Assembly: GCA_958009085.1 (NCBI GenBank)
Contig: OY253669.1
Location: 1,364,001 to 1,428,000, forward strand
Reading direction: 5' to 3'
From: Protoeuglena noctilucae
Lineage: Eukaryota
Length of the DNA: 64,000 nt
This document shows positions 37,001-49,500 of the stretch, piece after piece. Every line of letters starts with the position of its first letter. Position 1 is the first letter of the stretch. The notes below the pieces were generated by a model. It was not told where the DNA came from and made no database searches. It worked only from the letters and a program-made list of their open reading frames with translations. The position numbers and the translations under genes were made by a program.

Positions 37001-38885
37001 AGCCCCTCATCACTGCCTCACCCCATCGCCCGCAGACGTTCCGCGGCCCCTTAACGCCGGAACAGAAGCGCATGCTGGAGTACGAGCCCCCCTGCTCCCT
37101 GCCCACCTCCATGTGGAGCAACCCCGTGGACCTGCCGTGGCGCGTGCGGTGAGCGACGTGGCTAGTCTGACTATGCTGTATCGATGGCTGGATGGCAGAC
37201 GGTGTGACCCAGCTCTCTGTGCGTCTTGACTGTCCCGCTCGCGCTGCAGGTGGTATCTGTATGCCACCCACCCCACCACTGCCACAAGCCACCCCTCCCA
37301 CCCTTGCCACATGCCACCCATCCACTCCACCCACCCACCCAACGCCCTCACCGCCCAACCACCGTCCTCTCATCATCCCCCAGGGGCCCCTCGTACCTGA
37401 GGGACCGCAAGAAGCAGCCGGCCGGCCGCACGCTGTTCGACCTGGTGGCAGTCGACCTCCTTCGTTTCTACGAGAACGTGACGCCCGGGGGTGCGCACCA
37501 CGTGGCACGATTCATCCCGGTGAGGGTGGGAGAAGAGGGGCATGGAACATGCGGGGGGGTAGGGGCAGTGGGAGAGGGGCATGGGTGTGTTTGCGGGGGT
37601 GGTAGGGGCAGCGGGAGAGGGGCACGCGTGTGCTTGCAAGAGCAGCAACAGGTGGTATCAGCCCTGGCCAGTGACGCGGTCGCTCGTCCTTCGTGCCCCA
37701 CAGTGGATCAAGGACGCTCCGTACGAGTACATGTTCATCGTCAACATCCTCATCCCGGGCATCCACCTCGTCATGACATGGGCATGTCGGGACCCCAGCG
37801 TCATGAGCACGGGTGAGATGAGGGCGCAGGGCATGTGTACGTGTGAGGGCGGTGGGCGGGTGTGACGCAGGTCGGTGGGAAGAGAGGGGTGGCCACCTCT
37901 CTTGGCGTTGGGTGGATGAAGCGCCGGCTGTGCCTGTTGCCGACCGTCACTGCACTGCTACCCTCGCCACTCTCCTGGCCACCCTGCTCACCCGCCCACT
38001 CGCCTTGCCAACCATCACCGCCCCTTCACCTCCACCCTCTGCAGACACCTACTGGGGCAAGCTCTTCGACCAGTTCCTCAAGGGCACCGACGACAACCGC
38101 AACGGCCGGTTCAAGCTCATCCCCAACATCCCCAACGGGTCGTGGATCGTCAAGCAGGCCGTCGGAAGCACGCCCGTCATCATCGGCAGGCGAGGGGCGC
38201 ACATTGTCGCTGGTTGTTGTCACTTATTCCCCCCTTGGCATGGTCACAAGGCTTGTCCTCCCTTTTGCTTGTTTGCCTCACCCTTACTGTCACCCTCACC
38301 CTCGCTTGCCACCTTCACCATTACCCCACTCCCACCCTCGCTCACCACCCCACCCTCACCTCCCGCAGGAAGGTGCGCGCGCTGTGGTACCGCACCCCCA
38401 AATACATTGAAGTCACCTGCGACATCAACTCAAACGGCACGGCCATGACGGCCACCAATCTGGTCCGCGGCCTCACCAAGAGCTTGCTGATCGACATGGC
38501 AATTCTGATCGAGGGGCAGTCGGCCAGCGAGCTGCCGGAGGTGAGCGACTTTGTCGACGCTCACACCCACGCACCACCAACGCACCAGCATTGCTGCTCG
38601 TACCCTGCTCATATGTCAGCCTATCGTGCTTGTATGGCGTGACCCCGACCAGCAAGCCTCCCAGCACTCGCCCCCCGCACCCTTGTTCTCGCATGACCCG
38701 TGATCCTCGCCGCTGTGCATGGTCATGGCCCGTGAGCGTCACCCCTGTGCCTGCAGAAGGTGATTGGCCACGTGCGATTGGACCACTTCGACATGGCAGA
38801 GGCCGTCGACTTGGACCTGAACAAGGAGTGGGCGCCCAAGTGGGTCGAATCGGAGAGCCCCCAGAGGCCAGCGCCCAGGAAGTGA
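34046..38885 (+). CDS. EDR2-like lipid-transfer protein (PH + START + DUF1336/EDR2_C)
   Basis: PH (VLRQGPVLR..LILGFESEDDARAWHGCI), START (W..VQGLAIFRE..VVRAEPEEVF..RSWRQEIDGTYVVMFSSV), EDR2_C (WRVRGPSYLRDRKK, RFKLIPNI..GSWIVKQAVG, DMAILIEGQSASELPE). Confidence 0.88.
37535..37636. repeat. Degenerate ~42-bp G-rich tandem repeat in an EDR2-like intron
   Basis: GGTAGGGGCAG(T/C)GGGAGAGGGGCA(T/C)G occurs twice, preceded by a partial copy. Confidence 0.7.
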
Positions 38886-39622
38886 GGGAGGGCAAGAAGT
38901 GAGGCGCAACTCAAGAAGTGAGAGCGACGCGAAGAGCACGGCACAAGGACAAGCATGGCGGCACAAGCCCTCACCTACGCCTGCATCTTCACCCTCTCTG
39001 CACCGGCACCCTCGCTGCACCCTCGCCCGCACTCGAACCCGCACCCTCGCTCGTCACCCCACCTCCCGCCATACTACGGGGGTGTCTGTTCGTACTCGCA
39101 AGTGGGCATCTACAGAGGGCCGCTGGCAGGTGCCGCTGCGGATTTCTCATCGCCCCCTCATCGCTCTGCTTGCCTAGCGGGGCCGTCCTGGCGCCAGCAC
39201 CGTGCGGTCTTCCGAAATGGAGCGCACCTGTGTCTGGCCAGTGCTGCCTGTTGTCTCGAGGCTGTTGTCGGATGCGCGTGTTAAGAACCGTGGCGCGGGT
39301 GCCTAGAATGGCACGGCCGATGCCATTTAGAGAGATGTGCAATTAGATGCGCACGACGCCAGGCAGTCGCCTCAGCCGCGACCCTCCCCAGCGCCGGGGC
39401 AGATTAGCCAGACTGCTGCTATGTGTTTCAATGAGAGGAGCGCTGTTGATGAAAATGGATGCGGGAAAGGGGCGCCAGCGCTCAACCAGGCGCAGAAAAC
39501 CATGCGTGTGGATGATAAAGGACGTACACGCACCAATGCGCGCTGAGTGGCTGCCATGGCACCCATACTACGATGGACCCAGACATGTGTGGTAGTATAC
39601 AAATATAAGCATCCAAAGGCCA

Positions 39623-42600
39623 TCACGCGCGCGGCTCGAGGGGCTGGTAGCCGTCCTGGGGCTTGCCGGCGACGGGGCTGGGCCGGCGGTAGCGCTTGAG
39701 CAGAAGCGAGGAGGCCACGACTGAGACGGAGCTGAGGGCCATTGCGGCACCGGCCAAGTACGGGGGCATGACGAACCCGGCGGGGAAGAGGGCGCCGGCG
39801 GCGATGGGGATCAGGACGAGGTTGTACCCGAACGCAAAGGCGTAGTTGTAGCGGATGCGCGCCAGGGTCTGCCTGGACAGGTCGATGGCTACCAGGACGT
39901 CCTCCAAATCGCTGTGCATGAGGACAAAGTCGGCGGCCTCCATGGCAACGTCGGTGCCGGATCCGATCGCCAGCCCCACGCTGGCGGTGGCGAGCGCGGG
40001 GGAGTCGTTAATTCCGTCGCCCACCATGCCGACCACGTGACCCCGGGACATGAGGGACGCCACGTGGCTCGCCTTGCCCTCGGGGCGCACCCCCGCGGCC
40101 ACGTGCTGCGGCGCGATGCCCACCTCCTCCGCCACCGCATGGGCCGTGCGCCAGTTGTCGCCCGTCACTGCGGGCGCGACTTGGAGTTATCTTGACCTCT
40201 CCGGCTATGTGACATTCGCCGTGCCGAGTAGCAACCGCGCGCGAGCCATGCCCGCCACCACACCGCTGTGTGTCAATGTTGGCAACACCTGCCACACCCG
40301 GCGGCCTCTCCGCCACACCCGCTGGGTGACCGGCACTCACCCATGTGCACCACCACGCCCATCTTGTGCAGCGCGGCCACGACCGCCCGCGCCTCCTCCT
40401 TCACGTGATCGGCCACGGCGACCCACCCCAGGAACTCCCGCCCGCCCGCCACAAACACGCACGTCGCGCCCGACGCCTCCACCCTCGCCACGTCCCCAGA
40501 CACCTCCCCCGGCACTTCCACGCCCTCCCTCCGCAGCAGCGCGTGGTTCCCCACGCACAGCCGCACCGCGCCGCCCTCCGCGATCCTCTCCAACCCCTCT
40601 GCGCAGATGGACGCTGTCCCACTGCTGCCGTTGCGCCGGTGACCCCCCTCGCCACCCGAACCCTCCCCGCCCTCCGCCTCTGCCACCTCTGCCGCCTCTG
40701 CCTCCAGCTTTACCCAGCACGTGATGCCCAGGCCAGGCTCGGCTGCAAAGCCCTCCGTCTCCAGAGCGCGCCTTCCCTTGATGAGGCCGTCCGCATACGC
40801 CTTGATCGCCCGGCCCAAGTGGTGCTCGGAATGAGCCTCGGCGGACGCCAGGAGGAGGAAGAACTCCTCACGGGAAACGATCTCGCTGCAAGTGCGTGGA
40901 CAGGGGGCGCGATGGTGTCAGTAAGCGTGGGTGCGGGATAGCTGGCATGCCTTGGGTAGCACGCATCTTCGACGTGCAATGCTGTCGCTGCGCCTGTCAT
41001 CGTTGCATGCTGGTTCAAAGGCACTCTCGTTTCTTCCCTCTCACCTATAATCGTTGCATGCTGGTCCATAAGCACTCTTAATGCTCGCCTCTCACCTGTG
41101 CACCACGGCCGCCCGGACCTGGGGCTTCCCCTCCGTGAGCGTCCCCGTCTTGTCAAACACGATCGTGTCCATGTGCCGCGCCGTCTCCAGGGCCTCGCCC
41201 CCCCGGATCAGAATGCCCTGTTGTGCTGCCACGCCCGTGCCCACCATGATGGCGGTGGGCGTCGCCAGGCCCAGCGCTGCGGTGGCAGAGGCGCAACGGG
41301 CCAGGTAGGAAGGAATCCAGGCATGAATAAGGCAGGAGAGGGGTCACATATAGTGTCGGAGAAGCTCCATCCAAGCTCACAATCCACATTGCATTCGTTT
41401 GCAACCCCTCGCAGCCAACCACGACAGCTCCAGTCGCTCACCGCAGGGGCATGCCACCACGACCACAGCCACGGCAAACTTGAGGGCGAAGACGAAGGGA
41501 GGGTCGGAGGAGGGCAGGGGCACGACGCCCGCGGTCGACACGGCAATCCAGATCAGGAAGACGGCGGCAGCTGCGGCGAGGACGGATGGCACAAAGACCC
41601 GGGCCACTCGGTCTGCCGTGCGCTGAATGGGGGCCTTGGACGTCTGGGCGACCTGGACCAGTCGGACGATCTGGGAGAGAACCGTGTCGGAACTGCGGGG
41701 CAGGGTGGAGTGACAGTGAGAATCAGGGGTGGGGGTTTGACAATCGCTCGTCGCGCATTGCTCTTCACGACTGCGGACATGAGCGTCGGCGCGAAGGGGC
41801 AAGGCGGGCGCATGACTAAAGCCAGCTCAGGCCCATGCAAAACACATGTTGTGCCTCTGCGCTCACCCCACGCGAGTAGCACGCACGACCAGCGCCCCCC
41901 GGGCGTTGACGGATCCCCCGACGACCTCGTCCCCCGGCCCTTTCGGCACCGGCCGCCACTCCCCGGTGACCATCGACTCGTCCGCCTCACTCGTGCCCCA
42001 CACCACCACGCCGTCCACCGGCATGCGTGCACCCGGGAACACCCGGACCAGGTCCCCTGGCTGCAGCAGACCCACGGGCACCTCCTCTTCCACGTACCCA
42101 GTCAACGACGTGCCATTCGTTTCTGGAAAAGCTCCGCTGATCTCGGCATCCGAGCCAGCCGCTCCCCTTGCGTCCCCGCCCCGTGCGCCGCTCTGCGTGG
42201 CCCACCTCTCCGGCACGCGCAGGCTCCCCGCCCCGCTCGACCCGGCCCCGCTGGGCTCAGCGTCGGCAGAGGCGCGTGCCCCGGCCCCGCCCGCCCCGTC
42301 TCCCGATCCCCTCGTGCCCCTGTCCCCGTGCCGCATCGACAGTTCCACGCCCCCACCGCGCCCCGCGCCAGCCGCGCCACCCGGCTGGTCCCATGAAACG
42401 CGCTTCTGGCAACACGCGGCGCCGTTGCTCGCCTCCCGCGCCCCCCCGGCCTCCCGGCTGCGCTCGCCGCTGCCCTCCCGCTTCGCCCCGCCAGCCCCGG
42501 CACCCGTGCCCCTAGCCTCCGCTCCCGGGGGCACCAGGAGGGTGGCCGTGGTCGGCGCGAGGGACAGCAGCCGCTGGATGGCCTCGGAGGTGCGCCCCTT

Positions 42601-44281
42601 GGCAATGGCCTCAAGGTACTTCCCCAGCAGAATGAACGCCACGAGGAGAGCGGACGTCTCGAAAAAGTCCCCCAGATGAGACCCCGCCGCCGATCGCACG
42701 ATGGCGAAGACCGAGTAGACGTACGCGATGGACGTGCCCAGGGACACGAGGACGTTCATGTCGGCCGAGCCGTGGCGCACGGCACGCAAGGCGCCGCGGT
42801 GGAAGTGGCGGGCGTAGTAGATCTGCGGGGAGGGGGTGAAGGGGTGCAGGAGGTGAGGCGCGAGGGAGGTGTAGCGGTGGGGAGGGGTACAGGGGGGGGG
42901 AGTGTACAGGTAAAGCGTAATGGAAAGCGTAATGCAACCCTGCGTGCATCTATGCCCACTGATAGCTCTCTGAATGACGGCGCCTCGCCTGCACGGGGCT
43001 GGCGAGGATAAACCGCAGCCAGGCCGACCAGGACACCCGGAGCAGGGTCGGGTGGCGGAAGGCGGGGGCGGCTGCGGGCGCCACCATGGGGATGAAAGCC
43101 GACAGGAAGACGGGCACGGCCAGCGCCCACGCGCCCACGAGGTCCCGCTTGTACCCGACAGCCTCGGCCCTGCGGATGCAACGACGGTGGCGGTTGACAG
43201 TCGAACTCTCAGGCCATGTGGAAGAACACTTCTCGACACTTGAGTGAAGCGCGTGTCGATGGAAAACAATAGCAGCTCGGACCTCCTGCCGAGTCTGCTG
43301 ACTGGGGACTGCAGTTGGGACATGATGCGATGGGACCGCACGAGAGCTGGACCCCTCGCCACGCACCTGTGTGCTTCAGCAGGGTCGTACCCGTCATCGC
43401 CGACGGTCGGGACGTAGCCCGCGTCCTGCACAGCACGAAATACCTCGCGCGCGCGGTTCTCCTCCGGCCGAAACGTGACGCGGACACGGCCACCCAGGAG
43501 GTCCACGGAAGCCGAGGCGACGCCGGGGATGCGGAGGCACACGGCCTCGACTTTGGCCGCGCATGAGGCGCAGGACATCCCGGTCACTCGGAGGGTGAGC
43601 TCCGTCTGTGCAGGGGACACGGTGACGGGTCATGGGCATATTCAGCGCGGGCGTGGGGCGGTGGCCGTGCCGGTGGTCAGGTAATCATTGGGACGCCGCC
43701 CGCGCTCGGGTACAAGCGGCTCCGCGGCGGGGAGCTGGGCTGGCACGTGGGCGCCTGCTCACCGAGGCGCCTTCGGAAACGTGCTCCCTTGCTTTGGCGG
43801 TGAAGCCTGCGCGCTCGACGGCCGCGACGAGGTCCTCCACTGGCGTCTCGGGGTTGTGCTGCACAACTGCCTCGTGGGTGGCAACGGAGACGGACGCGAA
43901 AAGGACGCCCGGGACCTGCGACAGGGCCGCCTCCACCGCGCCGCTGCAAGTCGTGCAGCTCATGCCGCCCACCGTGAGCCGCGACTGCGCGCGGCCTTTC
44001 TCGCGCGAGCTGACGGGGTCGGAGAGGAGGCGGGCGCCGAATCCGAGCTCACGTACGGCGTCCAGCGCGTCCGAAGCCGTCGTCGCGCCGCCTCGACTGA
44101 GAATCACGGCAGCGCGCCCGTCGAGGGCGCTCACGGAGGCATCTCGCGCGCCTGGCAAGGCGTCCAGCACTCTCGCAACGCTTATGGCGCAGGACGAGCA
44201 CGTCATTCCCGTCACGACGAGCTCCACGCGCTCCCCCGTGCCTGGCGCCGCTCCCCGTCGCGAGTCGGCCTCTGCGTCCAT
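39623..44281 (-). CDS. Copper-transporting P1B-1 ATPase (HMA5/RAN1/CTP1-like) with three N-terminal HMA domains
   Basis: [79 protein letters not shown] and MALSS Cu+ ligand motifs. Confidence 0.95.
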
Positions 44282-44910
44282 AGCCGCACTCCAGCAAGTG
44301 AACAGGATGCATAGGCGACGACGGCTGGCACATGGCGGGGCCGCAAAGCTGCACGCACCTCGCTTCTCATCTCCCGAGCGCCGCGCGGCTTTCTTGGTGC
44401 CAACGGACTCTCCCATGGTTTCTTTTGGCGACTGCAAGTACGGGACAGCGTTCCGAGGCGGGGGAGTCACTGAAGCTCCCCACGCGGGCTCTTCGCCATT
44501 TACACGGTGGGCTGAGCTGCTCAGTGGCCTGACGCTTTCCCAGACTCGCAGCAGAAATGGGTGTTCGATCGCGGTGTCTGGGAGCTGTTATCAAGCGCGA
44601 CGAGGTCGGACAGAGAGCTTGCGGCATCGCGTGTCAGAGGCTCCCTGCAGGGGAACGCCCGTTCCCTTTTAGGGCCCGGCTCTCACACCATGTTGCACAG
44701 TCCCTGCCTGCCTCCTGGGCTGCCACATCGCTCGGTGGGTCACTGACTCGCCCGCACAAGCCCAAGCCTTCCAGGGCGCTGCACGAGGACGCCTGCCCCC
44801 ATCGATCGGCGCGTTCAGCGAAGAAGATGAACACCTGGCCTTGGAGCTGCCGGGCAGGCCGCTAGCCCCGTCCGGGGACGAGGGAGTGTTGGACCAGGTC
44901 CAGAAGCACG

Positions 44911-45814
44911 ATGGTGGGCGCCAGGGCGCGCACGCGGGACGACGGAAGGGCGCGCGATATCGGCAACCTGACAATGGAGGAGCTCGTGAACATGCCCTTT
45001 GAGGAGCTCGTGGGCGCGGTGGCGAGGTGGGTCGCAGGTTGCGCCTGCAGAAGCGCATGTCTTTCCTCGTCCGTGTGCTTTCGCCAACGGCCCGGCGCTC
45101 GCGTCTTTGACCCCATGGCAATGCTCTGACGCGCACGTGTGGTTGCCCGTCTCGCAGGCCGATGCTGGACGTGCGGAGCACAATGGGGATCCCCATCGCC
45201 CCTCCCGCGCCGCGGATGCGGCCGGTGCTTCCGGCGCCTCCCGCTCGCATCGTCGACGACTCCTCTGAGCTCGAGACGGGAGCCATGGCGTGGCTGGCGG
45301 ACGTCTTCCAGAGCATACTCGGCTTTGGGCGAGGGGCGGGGGCCGAGCGCGACGCGGGCTCCCGCGGTCACAACTCGAGTCGCGACGCAACTGCGGAGTC
45401 GAACTACGACGAGGTGAGCGCGGCTGCCTCGGGCGCGGAAGGCCGTGGCTTGGGGCGCCACGACCTGCATCATTGGTTGCATGCCGCCTCTCCTGCGCGT
45501 TCCCAGCTGCGCGCGTGCTGCAGCCCCATGACGGCAGCTTGTAATGCGTTTCGCAGATGCTGCGCCTCCACGAGCATCGCGTGCGCGTGGGCGTGAAGGA
45601 CGCGGCCATGCGGCGCCTCAAGCGGGCGCAGTGCACGGCGGGGGAGCAGTGCTCGGTGTGCCAGGAGTCCGCCACTCGCAGCGAGCGGCGCATCGAGCTC
45701 CCCTGCCGCCACCGGTTCTGCGAGAAGTGCATCGCGCCGTGGCTGAGGGAGAACCGCACATGCCCGACCTGCCGGTGGGAGTTCCCCGACCACGAAGTGG
45801 AGGTCAAGAGCTGA
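44911..45814 (+). CDS. RING finger protein (C3HC4-type), 3 exons
   Basis: CSVCQE..IELPCRHRFCEKCIAPWL..CPTCR; NYDE-MLRL junction typical of RING E3 ligases. Confidence 0.8.
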
Positions 45815-45960
45815 AGAATCCAGAGACGAGGCAACACGTCTGTCGCATGCACGCGGAGTGGGGATTTGAAGAGAAAGACAGAGCCTAGGGCACGCTGCGC
45901 CCCACATGCCAATCCACGACGGGCACTGCGGACATGCGCGCTCGCGCAGCACGCCTCCTT

Positions 45961-48421
45961 TCAGGCCGCCGTGTCCTCTAGGTTGATGTGCTCGAGGAGC
46001 TGGCTGCGGTGTCGCTCGTGCATGCTCCAGATCTCCATGACGCGGTCACGGTTGCGCTTGTATGCCCAGTTGGTGTACTTCTCCGAGAGTGCCTTGGCGC
46101 GCTCCATCTCGTTCCCCACCAGCTCCGCCTCCAAGTCGTCGATCTTGCTCGTGTTGGCCTCGTGGCACCCCGCCACCGCCCCCAGGAAGGCCTCCTTGTC
46201 GCGCACCATCGCCTCGATCTCCGGGTTGTTGTGCAGCGCTTCGTGGTTCACCAGCTTCGACTCCTCGGGCTTGTCCGACGCCATCTGCTCCAGCACCTCC
46301 ACCGCCTTCTCCTGCGACGCGTGCGCAGGGCTGCACGTGCCGCACACGCCGCAAGAGGCCGGGCCGCTCCCTGACAGCGCGCCCGCCCCGCACCTGCATC
46401 GACGCCAGCAAGTTCTGCTCCAGCTCGCGCACGTTCTGGAAGAAGTTGGAGATGAGGCTGCGGGAGCGCTCGGCCAGGGCGTTGTAGTTGCGGAAAAACT
46501 CCTCGTTGAGCTCCCGCAGGTTGTCGGACGTGTTCGACTCGATGTCCATCAGCTCCCGACTCAGCTCGTCCAGGCGGTCGAGCGGGACCTGCGCACACAG
46601 AGTGACTGCACGTCATCGCCCCACTCGCTCGGCAGCCTTGAGCGAGCCGCCCGCCCCCGCTGCCCCTCCAGCCCACGACCCCTCGCCTTGATCTTCGCGG
46701 TCGCCAGTTCCGGGTTCTTCTCCACCGCGTCGATCGTGTGCTTCTTAAGCCGCTCGAACTCCCGCACCAGCTCGCGCGACCGCGTGTCCCGCGCCCCCAC
46801 CAGCTTGTCGATCACGTCCTTGAACTCCTCGTGCTCCTTCTGCTTCTTCCGATGCTCCGCAAACATCTCCACTTTGAACCCCTCCACCTGCTGCTTGTAC
46901 TGGTCCTTGAACTCCCCGGTCTTGTCCGTCACGGACCCCACCTGGCTCAGCTGCGAGATGACAGGAGGGGCGTGGCCACGGTGTCACCACGACCACGAAT
47001 GCAACCGCAGCGGTCGTCGCCCTCGGCTCAGACCGACTGGTGCAGGGGCCTGGACACAGAGGGCAGCCACAGACGCATTGTGACGCGTGTCCAGGCTGCC
47101 GCACCTTGATGTAGTCCGTGTTGTCCCGGAGCATGTCTTCGAAAAGACTCTCCAAGCCCCACAAGTTGGCCTCCCGGAGCCTCGCCTCGTTCTTGCGGTT
47201 CTGCGCGGCAGGAGCGGACCATTGTGGCGGCCCCCACGCTGGCCAGGGTGAAGCAAAGGCAGACAGTGGTGCAGCCACCGCCTGAGGCCATTGTCTACAA
47301 CCAGCAACCATCGTTGCTCTGCTCCTGGGCCCCCACCGCACCTCCTCTGCCTGCTTGAGCATTTGCCGCTCCTCCTCCTCCCTACGCCTCTGGGCCTGGT
47401 TGACGTCCAGGTGCTGCTGGATGGCCGCGTCGAGCTCCTTCGGATCCACGCGCCGGAAGTCCAGGTACACGAGCTTGCTCAGATAAGCCAGGATCATCCA
47501 CTTGTAATCGTCGCGCTTGCTGATGGGGTTGTCTTGCAGGTTAAGCAGCCTCAGGTTCTTGAAATTGGACAGATAGGCGGCGACTGCGGGCAGGAGGACA
47601 GGCCGTGAAGCCCGGCACGGAGCGAGGAGTGGGACATCCGTTGCGGTCCGCATGCCTCCGCATCGGCTCACCTGTGGCCACCTCGGGCGGCGGCTGGCCG
47701 GGCTTCCCGCGGCCAATCTTGTTGTTGGCGATGCTGAGGACGTTCAAGTTGACCAGCGAGTCGAGGTTCTCGAGCTCCCCGATCTCGTTGTGCGTGAGGG
47801 ACAGGTCCTGCAGCTTGGTGAGCTTGTCCAGGCCCCGAATCTCCGTGATCTGGTTGAAGCTCAGGTCCAGCCACGTCAAGTTCGTCAGATGCTCCAGGTT
47901 CTCGATCTTCGTGATGACGTTGTTGTCCAGCTGCAACTTGGTGAGGCGCGTCAGGCCGTCCAGGTTCTCAATCTTCCTGCGCAGCGCCGGAGCGAGTCGC
48001 CCATTTCGCGAGCGCAAAGCTTTTGGCCCGTGGCAGCTCTCCGCGCCGACAGGTCCCCGTCAGGCAGGCTGTGCGCGGAGCGATGCGGAGCCACGATGCC
48101 GCCCCGGCCCTCACTTGATGTTGCAGAAGCTGAGCGACAGGTTCACCACGTCCGAGAGCTTCATCGTCCGACGCTTCTCTTCCCGCTTTTCTGCCAGCCC
48201 CTCGACCTGAGGATCGCGGCGCGGCGGAGACGTTGCCCGCAGCATGTCCGTCGGAAGTGTGCGCGGCAGCGGGACCCGAGCGCAGGTCTCGGGCGCCAAG
48301 CATACGCACGCATACCTTGCTCGGGTACATCGACCTCCCAGGCGCTCACCTCGATCCCGTGGCGGATGATGGTCTCCGTGATCACATTGTGCACGTCCTC
48401 CTCGCTCACGGCCGTAACCAT
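45961..48421 (-). CDS. DRC3: Dynein regulatory complex subunit 3 (LRRC48/FAP134)
   Basis: [52 protein letters not shown]s, LRRcap YLDFRRV, EANL..LFEDM, coiled coil ending RNRDRVMEI. Confidence 0.9.
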
Positions 48422-49113
48422 GGTCGCAGAGCTCCCGTTCCCAGATTCTCGACAGAGACAAATGCAACCTCAAACGGTGCCCGCCATGCCACGGTTTCCG
48501 CGGCCGCGCCGGGCCCCCCGCCTGCGGCCGCGCAAAAGTTCGCCGTCGTCCAGGCCGCAGCAGCCTCACTTGCACTCCCAACAGCTCTGTCCGATCAAAA
48601 AGGGCTCCGCAGTTGGTCCTCAGCTATGCGGCAGCCGGGGCACGGGCAAGGAACGCGCGGACATGTCACCTTCTCGTCCCTGCCCCGCCCAGCCAGCTGT
48701 TTCACCAGGACAAAGGGCCAGGCTGGAGTGTGATACGACGACAGTCCAACGCTTGCCAGGGCTGGCAGTTCGCGATGCCCACCGGACCGCACTGGCTGCG
48801 AGTGTCAACCCAGAAAGTTGCCTGGTCTTTGAACGGCCACGCACAGCAGGATACGCTGAGGACAGAGCTGTTTGGCGAGTGGTGGTCGTGAATGAGAAAT
48901 CTTCAAGCCCGTCAGCTGTGCCGTCCCCCCGTCAGACCGTGATGCAGCACAAAGTCGTTTTCCTCATTTCTCGAAGCTCGCGCTCGACCCCACCTCACAT
49001 GTTCTCACACGACCCTGCTCCTGCTCTTCATGCATGTTCTCAATGCGTTCATCTCGTGTTTGGTAGCAGTTCTGTTTTATCCTTGCGAGAAGCGCGGGGC
49101 AGCATCGCCTGAA

Positions 49114-49482
49114 ATGAGTCATGCTCAGTCACTCGCTACACTTGTGCGCAGGGCTGCCAAGCAGGTGACGCGCTGGGTGCGGGGAGGGCCGTGTTCGGGG
49201 CGTGCGCACGTCCGAGCTGTGCGCAGCCCAGGAGCAGCCAGCTGGGCGGCAAAGGGATTAAACCCCGTGCAACAGCATTCGTCTCGGAGCTGGCACCGAC
49301 AAAGTCGTGAATTGCCCTCTGCGCAGGTCTGGGCGATCATTCGTTTCCTGCTCGACGAATTTGAGCCGTGGCTTAAGTGGCTGGTCTTCGACGCGGTGCT
49401 ACGCCTTGTCGTTGCATGGCTGATTTCGAAGAGCGAGCGGCTCCGGTCCTTCTTCGGAATGCTGGGCTTCTCGGACTTGTGA
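49114..49482 (+). CDS. Small (~68 aa) hydrophobic protein, 2 exons, immediately upstream of ATG10
   Basis: MSHAQSLATLVRRAAKQ|GTGACG...GCGCAG|VWAIIRFLLDEFEPWLKWLVFDAVLRLVVAWLISKSERLRSFFGMLGFSDL*; phase-0 GT-AG intron 49165-49326. Confidence 0.6.
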   Translation: MSHAQSLATLVRRAAKQVTRWVRGGPCSGRAHVRAVRSPGAASWAAKGLNPVQQHSSRSWHRQSRELPSAQVWAIIRFLLDEFEPWLKWLVFDAVLRLVVAWLISKSERLRSFFGMLGFSDL

Positions 49483-49500
49483 CGAGTGAGCCCAGCCGCC

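Noticed and set aside
38955..39284. 109-aa ORF after the EDR2-like stop
   Set aside because: Lies in convergent 3' UTR space with no recognisable motifs or coding-like composition
1796..48421. Cilia gene cluster (BBIP1, WDR92, DRC3)
   Set aside because: Widely spaced among unrelated housekeeping genes; expected by chance in a flagellate genome
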